Source: Anaeroplasma sp. (GTDB lineage: Bacteria; Bacillota_I; Bacilli_A; Acholeplasmatales; Anaeroplasmataceae). Taken from it: DNA of 54,568 nucleotides. Position numbers and translations under genes: made by a program. Below, one piece after another: positions 40,336 to 50,300 of the stretch; position 1 is the stretch's first letter, and each line of letters begins with the position of its first letter. The notes below the pieces were generated by a model, which was given only the letters and a program-made list of their open reading frames with translations, was not told the origin of the DNA and ran no database searches. The stretch spans positions 1 through 54,568 of the forward strand of contig JAZQVB010000052.1 in the NCBI GenBank assembly GCA_045631605.1, given 5' to 3'.

Positions 40336-41091
40336 ATGAAAAAGAATTATAATTTAATTTCCTCTATTTTATCAATGCTGTTCACTCTTTTTTTATTAGT
40401 TTCTTTAGTAAGAGCTTGGTACGTAAAAAATGCACAAGCAGAGGCAACGGGTGTTACTGCCGTGACTGATAGCGATAAAATTTGGGACATCGAATTAAGA
40501 AGATGTAAGGCAGTTGAGGGAAATAATGATACATATACACTTGGTGGAGATTTATCAGATCCAAGTGTAACTATTGATCCATTTGATTTAGTTGCATCAT
40601 ATGATAAGATAATTTATCAAATAACTTTTAAAACAAATTTACCACAAATTTTATTAACTATGGAAAATACAGATTTGGCTAGAAGCGAGTCGTTTATCAG
40701 TAAACAAACTGAGGGCGTAGAAACAGATGACACATCTGATGACAAGTATATTCACCATAATTATCTAAGCAATGTTGCAAAGTTTTATTTATTAAACACA
40801 AACGATCATCAAAATTTCGAATTAAGTAATTCAGCATATAAATCATTTACATATTCGGGTAACCTACCTGTAGGAACAAATAAGGAAACGATTAGTATTA
40901 TAACTGTTGATGGTTTAGCTGAAGGGTCAAACGCTGAATATCAACAGGTATATGTATATATGCTATTTGATTATAATTCAGATAACATAAATGATTTATT
41001 TAACTATAACCTAGGTGCAGCAGCGTCTGCCTATGGTACATCAATTTTCTTTAAGGAAGACATAAGATTTGTTTTAAATATTATCGAATAA
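40336..41091 (+). CDS. Secreted protein with SipW-type signal peptide (TasA/CalY/BsaA-like subunit candidate)
   Basis: MKKN-hydrophobic-VRA|WYVKN; beta-rich body. Confidence 0.65.
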   Translation: MKKNYNLISSILSMLFTLFLLVSLVRAWYVKNAQAEATGVTAVTDSDKIWDIELRRCKAVEGNNDTYTLGGDLSDPSVTIDPFDLVASYDKIIYQITFKTNLPQILLTMENTDLARSESFISKQTEGVETDDTSDDKYIHHNYLSNVAKFYLLNTNDHQNFELSNSAYKSFTYSGNLPVGTNKETISIITVDGLAEGSNAEYQQVYVYMLFDYNSDNINDLFNYNLGAAASAYGTSIFFKEDIRFVLNIIE

Positions 41092-41114
41092 AAAATTTGT
41101 AAAGGAGAAGCAAT

Positions 41115-44100
41115 ATGAAACGATTAATATACATCATGTTAAACTTAATAGCTACATTTGCCATATTAGTCACTACTTCATATGCTTGGTATACAAATTA
41201 TTATGGAATACATGTATCAGACTCAGATAAACTATCATCAAATGCTAACTATTTCGCATCTGGAGATGGTACAGAGGCGAGCCCTTATGTGATAACAGAG
41301 GCAAGACATTTATATAATCTAGCTTGGCTTCAGGATTTAGGATATTTTGATGCAGATAAGGATTCAGATCCAAACACTGCAGGAAATCAAAAATTCTATT
41401 TTGAATTGGGCAATAACATAGATATGAGTCAATTATCTAAAAATGGTGTTCAATCGCCTATACCTTCAATTGGAATTGATTATCACCCATTTATTGGCAA
41501 TTTTAATGGCAATGGACATACAATTAACAATTTAAGAATTGATACTGACTTTGATAATTCAAATTACATAAAACCAGATAAAATAGTTTTAAATCAACAT
41601 ACCGAAACAATAACGAATAATACTATTTTGACTAGTTATGTAGGCTTATTTGGTCATATCGGACCTGTTGGCGACATTACTCAAGAAATTGAAGAAAAGG
41701 TTTCTAATTTCTATATTGATAATTCAATAATTAAATCAACTGTAAATTGTGTTGCAGGTATTATTGCCGGCTTTGTTAACACAAATGTTGAAGAGGTTGG
41801 TGTACATTATAGTTCTATTCAATTAGCTAGCGGTATTACTAATATCAATGGTCAAACTAACATAAGTAACTATACCCTAATAGGTGATTATAACATAGAG
41901 GATTTAAGCTGGGACGATAAGCCTACTGGTACAGATGATGGCTTATCTTATGGTGGTAACTTCGATGTAAAAAGATTAATGCAAAGATTAGCATTAATTA
42001 AAGATAATAAAGCATCAGACACGCCATCAAGTTATTTACCTAACGTTGATACTGGAAGTTCAAATCCAACAGTAGCCAAAGGACACATCTTACCTTTAAC
42101 AGTTGTTAATGAATTAACAGCGGACGTATATACAGGAGCTGACGCAAAAGAAACTGTATCTCCAGAAAATATAGGATATTTTTGTGGTAATGGTAACAAA
42201 ACAAATGTAATGAACCTTGCATTTGATGATTATACAGCAACAACTGAAGGCGGAAAAACGACATATTCATGGACCTCTGGTCGCGTTCCAAGAACATTCT
42301 TTAAGCGTACCGGCCAAAACGCAACAACAACAAGTGAAAATATTGTCGCAATGACTCCAGAAGAAATAAGTCAATTACCGGAAGGAATTCAAAATTTAAT
42401 TCCAAGTTCTAACCAAACAGTAAGATATGACTTAATAAGACTTCAAGAAAAATATTCAGGAACGCAAGGTGACGGTACTGATAAGTTTGATATGAAAGAC
42501 TCAATAAGTTATCTAGATAATACATACACTAATGTATATTTACCAAATAATGGAATTTGGTTTAAGCCTACATTTACAGGTAAATTTAGATTTGTTATCT
42601 ACACAGGAAGTAACGGCCAGAACTTTTCTCTTTATAAACTTGATAGAGATTCTAATACGACTAATTTACAAACACATTTTGGTACAAATACACTATGGGG
42701 AGAAGCTTTAACTAATTTATATTCGTATGATTTACCTTTATATTCATTAATTTATTTTGAATATGATGTATCTCAAGAAGAGCTTGATGACAATGTAGAG
42801 TTCTTGTTGGCAAATGATCGAGATGGTAATGGTGCATACTTCTTATATCTTGATATCGGTATCAATGGTGGAAATGAAGATGATGAAGAACCAGATCCAA
42901 TCACAACATTTGGTTCAATTGATAACATAGATTTCGTTTACGAAACATCATCTGGCACATTAAGTAATATCGCAAACAATACTTTATATAGTGAAGTATT
43001 CTTCCAAATTTCTGGAACTACAACGGGATTAGTAGAATTCTATTTTAGAAGAAATAATGATGATTTAACAAATAATCAGGATGTAGTATTATATTTCCCT
43101 GATTCAAGTAACAATGGAACAACGCTTGAATGGTCTCAAGCAGGTAAAAAAGGTAAGGCCAAGGATGAAACATGTCACGAATTAGAGGGCAGCTTATCTG
43201 AAGGCGGCATTGTTGGTTCTGGTGGTGGCGGAGGTTCGTCAAGCGGTCCTACAATAACATATAACACAGTTACATATTATGTTGATGAAATAGCTAACTC
43301 AGTACTTGTAAGAAACGGATCTAAGGTATCATTGCCAACTCCAACTAAGGCTGGATACAGATTCACAGGTTGGTACACTAACCAAGCATGTACAGAACTA
43401 TTTGATATGAATACAGCAATTACTGACGATTCTGTAGTATTATATGCAGGATTTGAACCAATTGTAACATACACAGTAACGTTCAATACAAATGGTGGTT
43501 CATCTACTCCTAGTCAAACGGTAGAAGAAAATGGTTTAGCAATAAGACCTTCAAATCCAACAAGAGACGGATATACATTTGAAGGTTGGTATACAACAGA
43601 AAACTTCACAGAAGCATTTGATTTCTCAACGCCAATTACAGGTGATACTACATTATATGCTAATTGGATTGAAAATTCATCTGGTGGAGATACTGAATTA
43701 AGTTACAACTTAAATGTATCTGATTTAACTGCCGGTACTATTAGTGCAGAAACTAATAATGTAGGTAATACTATTTATTCATTAATCGCAGATTCAACTA
43801 ATACACTGGTTATTGATTCAGCAAGTGTTACAGTTGATGGTGTTGATTATTCACTAAGATTAAAAACAGGCGGTTCTGGTTCAACTACTAAGCGTGCAAT
43901 TAAGTTTACAGTTGCTGAAGCTGGTACATTAGAAGTAGTATTAATGTCTGGTAATACTTCTAACGTGAGAGAACTAGTTGTTTCTGATGGTTCTAACGAG
44001 GTTGGTAGATTAACGGCTGGTGCAACTGCAACTAAGGAAGTAATTACATTAGAAGCTGGTACATATTATTTATATTCTGGCAATAGTGGAATTAATATTT

Positions 44101-44834
44101 ACGCAATTAACTTTACTGAAGGTGCTGTTACACCAACACCTAAACAATATACAATAACGTTTGAATCAGATGGTTCAGTTTATAATGAGCAAATCGTTAC
44201 AGAAGGTTCAATAATTACTGAACCAACAGACCCGACAAGAGATGGTTATACATTTGGTGGTTGGTATATTGATGAGAACTTTACAAATGCTTATAATTTC
44301 AACACGCCAATAGAAAATTCATTTACACTATATGCTAAGTGGGATGAAATTCAATCTGGTGGCGATGAAACAACTGAACAATTCTTTGCAGAAAGCCTTG
44401 CCGGTGGTACTGGTATCGATAAGAACAAAGTTATTTACGAAGGTACAGCATTCACAATTACTAACGGTGCTGGTGGTAAGACTGAGCCTGTTCAATGTGC
44501 TTTCCCTGCTGTTGCAAATGACGATTCTAACTTAGTATTCAATTATGGTTTACTTCCTACAGGTGGTGCTAGAACTGCTATCGTAACAGCTAACCAAGAT
44601 ATTACAATTACTATTTACTTTACAAGCTCAGATAGTAAGTTCACTACAGGTGGTGCTGGTTATGGTAAGGGTGGCGAATTAACAGTTAACGGAACACAAG
44701 TTGAAACTGTTGCTGGCAATAAGCTTAACGATGTTGCTTATGCATACACTATGACTTTAGCTGCTGGTGAAACTGCTGAATTTGGTGTTTCTTCTAACAG
44801 ATTCGTATTATTCGGTTTAGTTGCAGAATCGTAA
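41115..44834 (+). CDS. 1239-aa adhesin-like protein: SipW-type signal, GLUG/M26-like domain, three InlB-B repeats, CBM77-like and shared C-terminal module
   Basis: TTSYA|WY; FASGDGTEASPYVI...FIGNFNGNGHTINNL; PT(K/R).GY.F.GWY repeats; RLKTGGSGSTTKRAIKFTV...MSGN..R module. Confidence 0.78.
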   Translation: MKRLIYIMLNLIATFAILVTTSYAWYTNYYGIHVSDSDKLSSNANYFASGDGTEASPYVITEARHLYNLAWLQDLGYFDADKDSDPNTAGNQKFYFELGNNIDMSQLSKNGVQSPIPSIGIDYHPFIGNFNGNGHTINNLRIDTDFDNSNYIKPDKIVLNQHTETITNNTILTSYVGLFGHIGPVGDITQEIEEKVSNFYIDNSIIKSTVNCVAGIIAGFVNTNVEEVGVHYSSIQLASGITNINGQTNISNYTLIGDYNIEDLSWDDKPTGTDDGLSYGGNFDVKRLMQRLALIKDNKASDTPSSYLPNVDTGSSNPTVAKGHILPLTVVNELTADVYTGADAKETVSPENIGYFCGNGNKTNVMNLAFDDYTATTEGGKTTYSWTSGRVPRTFFKRTGQNATTTSENIVAMTPEEISQLPEGIQNLIPSSNQTVRYDLIRLQEKYSGTQGDGTDKFDMKDSISYLDNTYTNVYLPNNGIWFKPTFTGKFRFVIYTGSNGQNFSLYKLDRDSNTTNLQTHFGTNTLWGEALTNLYSYDLPLYSLIYFEYDVSQEELDDNVEFLLANDRDGNGAYFLYLDIGINGGNEDDEEPDPITTFGSIDNIDFVYETSSGTLSNIANNTLYSEVFFQISGTTTGLVEFYFRRNNDDLTNNQDVVLYFPDSSNNGTTLEWSQAGKKGKAKDETCHELEGSLSEGGIVGSGGGGGSSSGPTITYNTVTYYVDEIANSVLVRNGSKVSLPTPTKAGYRFTGWYTNQACTELFDMNTAITDDSVVLYAGFEPIVTYTVTFNTNGGSSTPSQTVEENGLAIRPSNPTRDGYTFEGWYTTENFTEAFDFSTPITGDTTLYANWIENSSGGDTELSYNLNVSDLTAGTISAETNNVGNTIYSLIADSTNTLVIDSASVTVDGVDYSLRLKTGGSGSTTKRAIKFTVAEAGTLEVVLMSGNTSNVRELVVSDGSNEVGRLTAGATATKEVITLEAGTYYLYSGNSGINIYAINFTEGAVTPTPKQYTITFESDGSVYNEQIVTEGSIITEPTDPTRDGYTFGGWYIDENFTNAYNFNTPIENSFTLYAKWDEIQSGGDETTEQFFAESLAGGTGIDKNKVIYEGTAFTITNGAGGKTEPVQCAFPAVANDDSNLVFNYGLLPTGGARTAIVTANQDITITIYFTSSDSKFTTGGAGYGKGGELTVNGTQVETVAGNKLNDVAYAYTMTLAAGETAEFGVSSNRFVLFGLVAES
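44371..44510. repeat. Inverted repeat copy B (matches 1-140)
   Basis: 137/140 nt identity to the reverse complement of 1-140. Confidence 0.95.
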
Positions 44835-44904
44835 TAAAATCAAGCAATAAAACTATCTAACAATAGTTATCGCACCTTTTATTACACTAAAATTTTAATA
44901 ATTA

Positions 44905-44945
44905 AGAGTCAGTTACATGAAAAAATGTGACTGACTTTTATTATT
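44905..44945 (+). terminator. Intrinsic terminator after the 1239-aa gene
   Basis: gagtcagttacat-gaaaaa-atgtgactgactt followed by T-rich tract. Confidence 0.75.
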
Positions 44946-44989
44946 TATAATAATAAATACACAAATAAATTTCTTTTCTTCACATATAA

Positions 44990-45018
44990 TTGAATAAAAT
45001 TCGAAAATGATTTATAAT
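44990..45018 (+). promoter_or_regulatory. Sigma70 promoter TTGAAT-17-TATAAT
   Basis: -35 at 44990-44995, -10 at 45013-45018. Confidence 0.7.
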
Positions 45019-45024
45019 ATAGCT

Positions 45025-45211
45025 GAAGAAGAACGAAAACCCATTTGAATATTTTATGAGAAAAAGTCATTTCTTTTTGGTATGCACTTTTTTCGTAAGA
45101 TAAGAAAACATTTATACTAGAAAATCTAGTAGTAATTATGCTTATCTTCAATGGGATTAATAATTAGCTGTCACTAGATTTTAAAATCTGAATTGACAGC
45201 TAATTTTTTTT
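45025..45211 (+). ncRNA. Unassigned structured leader RNA or sRNA ending in a terminator
   Basis: Nested stems 45040-49/45147-55, 45051-67/45086-101, 45099-104/45141-46, 45115-21/45125-31; terminator 45162-73/45194-205 plus U8 directly before AGGAGG. Confidence 0.6.
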
Positions 45212-45222
45212 AGGAGGCTAAC

Positions 45223-45951
45223 ATGAAAAATAACAATTTAATATTTTCGGTATTTTCTCTGTTAGCTACTATGTTTTTATTAGTGTGCATTGTAACAGCG
45301 TGGTATGCCACTAACACAGAGGCTGACGCTAGCGGAATATTTGGATCAACCTTAGGAAACAATTATTCACTTAAGCTACAAAGAGCTAAGGTAGATAACG
45401 AGGGAAATATAATAGGCTGGATACAAACGGATAACCTAGCGTTTAGTAATATAAATCCAGGTAATGTATTTTTATTTAGAATAGAGCTTAATACAGATAA
45501 GGAAGTAGAATTTAATGTTAGGTTTGCTGATGTATCATCAAGCTTAGTAAATAATAAGCTTGTAGCTATAGATGATTGGATATGCTTAAATCAGGAAGGA
45601 TACAAGCTTTATAAATTAGAAAATAACCAAGTAATAATTCAAGACAAGATTTTATATGAATATAGGGAAGGAGAAGTAAAATTAAAGGATTACCTAATTC
45701 ATAACACCATTTATTTTTATGAATTAAAAGAAGAACCAACCACCACCACAATACCAAATGAATTAAATGGAACAATATTACCAAATGTTTCAAATTATAA
45801 TATCTCATCTACAGATGAGCTGAAGTATTTCTATTTTGCATTAGAGTTTAATGAAGGATTATCATTAGTAGAAATTGATGGATATGAAAGTAGTAATTGT
45901 TATTTATATCAAAAATTAACTATTGGTTATATATCAATTACTAAAATTTAA
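45223..45951 (+). CDS. SipW-type signal peptide protein, TasA/CalY-like
   Basis: IVTA|WYATN; FSNINPGNVFLFRIEL resembles the n..PG motif of TasA/CalY. Confidence 0.68.
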   Translation: MKNNNLIFSVFSLLATMFLLVCIVTAWYATNTEADASGIFGSTLGNNYSLKLQRAKVDNEGNIIGWIQTDNLAFSNINPGNVFLFRIELNTDKEVEFNVRFADVSSSLVNNKLVAIDDWICLNQEGYKLYKLENNQVIIQDKILYEYREGEVKLKDYLIHNTIYFYELKEEPTTTTIPNELNGTILPNVSNYNISSTDELKYFYFALEFNEGLSLVEIDGYESSNCYLYQKLTIGYISITKI

Positions 45952-45969
45952 AAAGGGGGTTGAAGCAGT

Positions 45970-46635
45970 ATGAAAAAGAGAATATTTGCAATAATTTTTA
46001 TGATATTTGCTGTTGTATTTAGTATTGCTTCAATGTCAGTAACGTCTGCATGGTATGTCAATGTTACAAACATTGGTAGAATTGATGCGGAAACAAAGGA
46101 TTTAACATTTGCCTATAGATTTAATGGTAATGAAGAAAATGAATTAGAATATAATGTGAAAAATTTAACATTTTTTGATATAACATCTTCAAGAGAAATA
46201 AAATATTTTTTAAAAATGTGTACTGTAGTTACACTAGAGATATCTAATAATTCTAACGAAAATGTTAATTATTGGATTAATTATTATTCAAATAAAACAG
46301 TATTAAAGGAAAACGATGATATCGTTTCAATATCCTACGCTGCAAGCTTTATTTTACCTAATAGGCTTGAAAGCGTAGATGAATATAATTCGATTAACAA
46401 TTTAATATCAGCGTCTAATAGTAGCTCAAGCTCATATTCAATTTTATTTGAGGATCAATGTTTAGCAAATGATGTAAAAACATTGTATTTATATTTGTTT
46501 GGTGTTCAAGAAATAGCTTCTGCTAACAATAGCTTTTTAATAGATTCAACTGGCAAGGCTATAGAATATGGATTTAATATAACAATACATTCAGAAGCGG
46601 CATATAGCGCTCCTGATGTAAATGAGGTTAATTAG
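45970..46635 (+). CDS. SipW-type signal peptide protein
   Basis: SVTSA|WYVNV; LEISNNSNENVNY strand motif. Confidence 0.68.
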   Translation: MKKRIFAIIFMIFAVVFSIASMSVTSAWYVNVTNIGRIDAETKDLTFAYRFNGNEENELEYNVKNLTFFDITSSREIKYFLKMCTVVTLEISNNSNENVNYWINYYSNKTVLKENDDIVSISYAASFILPNRLESVDEYNSINNLISASNSSSSSYSILFEDQCLANDVKTLYLYLFGVQEIASANNSFLIDSTGKAIEYGFNITIHSEAAYSAPDVNEVN

Positions 46636-46644
46636 GAGGGCAAT

Positions 46645-47382
46645 ATGAAAAATAAAATAATAATACTTATTGGCAGCATTATTATGGTTTTATCATTAGC
46701 TTTTGTATTTGCCGCATTCGTTTTTCATAAGGTAGTAGATGGTACTGCTGAATCTGGAAATATAGTGGTTAATGAAAAATATTTCTTAAATTGTGCTCCA
46801 TTAATAAGTGATTTAGAGGAATCTGATGATTATTTAACAGCACTAAAGGAAAGAAATAGTGAGCCTACTAAAATCAGCACATCATATAAAAACAGTATTA
46901 CATGCTATGCGACAGAGAAAAAGGGATATAACGATGAATTAGAATATGATGGTGAAGAATATTTTTATTTGAATCAATTAGGATTTCAATTTTCATTTAC
47001 TAATACTATTTCAGTATATGTAAGAATTCATTTTGAGGATGCGTGGGTATCTCAAAAAACATATACAAATGGGTCAGTGACTAAAAATTATATTACTAAG
47101 GATAAATTAGAGGATAATAAAACACCATTTGATATTGCTGATGATAGCTGGGTTTATGATGAGGCAACTAACTGCTTATACCTAAAAACAATGGTTAAGC
47201 CTCAAAATAATGAGATGAAATATTCGTTTTATATAAATGAGGAATATTGGTATACGTCTACAAATGTTAGTAAAGCATTTCGCGAACAAATATTAGTAGA
47301 GGTATCTTATTTTGTAGACATTGTTCAAGCTAATAGAGCGGAATTAAAGTGGGGAGTAGATTTTGACAATCTATTCAGCTAA
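46645..47382 (+). CDS. SipW-type/BsaA-like secreted protein
   Basis: FVFA|AFVF; VYVRIHFEDAW and WVYDEATNCLYLKTMVKP motifs; C-terminal VQAN...WGV. Confidence 0.62.
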   Translation: MKNKIIILIGSIIMVLSLAFVFAAFVFHKVVDGTAESGNIVVNEKYFLNCAPLISDLEESDDYLTALKERNSEPTKISTSYKNSITCYATEKKGYNDELEYDGEEYFYLNQLGFQFSFTNTISVYVRIHFEDAWVSQKTYTNGSVTKNYITKDKLEDNKTPFDIADDSWVYDEATNCLYLKTMVKPQNNEMKYSFYINEEYWYTSTNVSKAFREQILVEVSYFVDIVQANRAELKWGVDFDNLFS

Positions 47383-47394
47383 GGAGGCATAATT

Positions 47395-50300
47395 ATGCTA
47401 TTTAAGATTAATAAAAAGCTAATAATTTTAATAATGCTATCAATATTATGTTTCGTTGTAACTGTATGCTTAATTGATTGTATTGAGGTTAAAAAGGGTA
47501 GTGATTTTAAATCATATACAGGTCAATATAATTCACCTCAGCATGAAATATATAGCTATTCAACTCCAACCGAGGTTACAACAACTAATATGAGTGAATT
47601 ATATTCAATCAATAACAATGTAGTTACCTCAACTAATGCAAATGTTGTTGGTACTATAAACATTATGAATGCGACGGATTTATATGCATTTTCAGCTCTT
47701 GCTAATAGGGATGATCGTTTTTTAAGCTATAATTATCAATTGTTATCAAATATTGATTATAATGAAATAAATTATGATTTTATCCCAATTGCTTGGGATA
47801 ATAACAAGTATTTTAAAGGAGCATTTAATGGTAATGGCTATGAAATATCTAATCTAAGCCTACTATCAATTTTATCAGGAGATACAGCCTATAAAATGGA
47901 ATACTACGCAATGTTTTCTAAAATAGGAAGTGGAGCTGTAGTTACTAATTTTGGTCTTAGAGATACAAATATAGTAATAAACGGTATGTGGGATGAGCTG
48001 AAGGGCGTATCAGTGGCGGTAGGATATGTTGATGCAGGAGCTACAGTATCCTATGTATTCTCATCAGATTTAAGAGACCCTATTTTAGATGAATCGGGTA
48101 TTACTGCCTCTGGAGGTCATCGTATATCTGGATTAGTATTTGAAAATAACGGCTTTATGGTTAATTGCTATACAGCGTATAATATCGTATCGAATTATAC
48201 AATTGATGATTATATTGACTTTACTGAAATATTAATGATAAATTCAGGAGAAATAGAGAGCTTATATTTTTATAATGAAACAATTAGTGAATATGTAAAT
48301 AATGATTCAATATATACTATAGTTTATAAGGAGCCTGTAGGTAAAACATTAAAGCTAGTCAATCATTATGGTGAATATTGTGAATCATTAGATTCTCTTA
48401 ATGAAATGGTAAGTGAATCATCTATAAATTGGTTTACGGCAAGCTCGTATAATACATTATCGATATACTTAAATAAAATAATTACTCCAATTACTAGAGG
48501 AATTATAGTTGAATTAAAGGATGGAAAATATATATTTAAAATCAATAATGAGCGTGATTTTAGCTATATGTTTGAGCTTATGAATATAAATGATAATTTC
48601 GCTTCAGATAAGATGGTTTATGAAATATGTAATGATTTAAATCTATCCATGATATCTGAGAATAATTATTATTATTCTAGAGGTATTAATTCAACAATTA
48701 AGGGTGTTGAAACTACAGGAAGCGTAGAGCTATCAAATGGTAAAATATCACCATATCCAACTATTTATTACGCTTCTATTAATAATCATATAACAACAGA
48801 GGGTATAGATGCTCATGGTGTATTTGCATGGCTAACAGGAAGTATCATTGATTTAAACTTTGTTTTACCTTCGAAAATAGAAATTGAAAACACATCGACA
48901 AATTTAAAGGCTATTGGTATTGTTGCCGGATATGTTGATGGTGGGAAAATAAATAATGTTAATGTTTACGCTAATGAATTATGTATATCTAATTCTATAG
49001 GTAAATATTACTTAGGTGGAATATGTGGTATTTTATCAGGAGAAGGAGAAATATCAAATTCTACAGCATCTGGAAGCATTAATAATATAGATGGTGAATA
49101 TAACGGCTCATATAACGTTATTGGCTATATGAACGGCTCTGCCATAGGTGGATTAATAGGATATATTACTAGCACAATGGGCAGTGTGAAATCTAACCTT
49201 TCGGTTATGAATATTACTACAGTAGGTATTGAAGGTGCTGATTTATCTGTTGGTGGTGTAATAGGAGCTGGATATACATATGATGCTTATGAACTTGAAA
49301 ATCAAGGTAATATTGTAGTTGGTAGTCAAGCTTTAAGAGCTAAATATTTAAATCTTTATGTATCAGGTGTAATAGGAAGACACCTTGGCTTAGCTAATCA
49401 AATTAATAAGCTTACAAATCAAGGAGATATTAAGGTTTATTCTAATAATAGTAATAATTCATATTTATATTTATCAGGAATTGAAAATGCTGATATTATA
49501 ACATCTCCAGCTAATAACCTTGCCGTATCAAGGTTGAAATCAAAGGGTAGGTTTGTATTTTATGCAAGCTCACTGGCCAATAGCGGAAGCATAGAAATTT
49601 ATAATACAGACTCTAATTTAGAATATACAAGCGGAATTAATATATTTTCTAAAAATGGATTTGAATCTACATTATCAGGAATATATAACCTAGGCTATAA
49701 AAAAATAAATGGACATATTACAAAGCTTGATAATCAAGAAATTAATATGTCTAATACTAATAAATACGCACCAGTTGTTAATACAATAAACACGAATAAT
49801 TCATCAAATCAAGGCGTTACATTATCTACAGTATATAACCTAAGAAGCTATAATTTTATAAATACAGCCAATATAAATAGCTCAAATTTATTATATTCAG
49901 GCTGTATTTTAGGAAGCTACATTAATTATACTGATGTAAGAAACGAAGGCAATTTAAGCTTTTCAAATTCATATCAAATTGGTAGCTCATCGAATAAAGC
50001 TAATATCAAAATAGTGGGCATATTTAATGAGCTTAATAGCGGATACAAGGCAGACACTCTATTTAATGATGGAAATATTGAATTTATTGTTAATTCATAT
50101 ATTTATGGTGATATCTTTATTAATGGAATTTGTTATTCAAACAGAAATGGATTTAATGATAACGAATTAAAGGAATTTAATCCATCAGATATAAATTACA
50201 ACAACAATAAAATAGGATCATTAAACAATGTTATTAATAATGGTGATATCACATGTACAAGTACAGTATTTACAAATGGTGTATCATATACATCTGAGGA

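Noticed and set aside
41340-41400. DADKDSD segment as a dockerin or EF-hand implying a cellulosome
   Set aside because: Single occurrence, without the duplicated GDxNxDG pattern; no cohesins seen.
44371-44510. Repeat pair as a diversity-generating retroelement TR/VR or a shufflon
   Set aside because: Only three mismatches, not adenine-specific; both copies are coding; no reverse transcriptase or recombinase gene in the window.
44945-45151. 68-aa minus-strand ORF in the intergenic region
   Set aside because: No RBS or known motif; the region is better explained by a plus-strand promoter and structured leader.
40336-47382. Type IV pilin or sortase-pilus interpretation of the small secreted proteins
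   Set aside because: No G|FxxxE prepilin motif and no LPXTG sorting signals; the A|WY termini fit SipW-type processing better.
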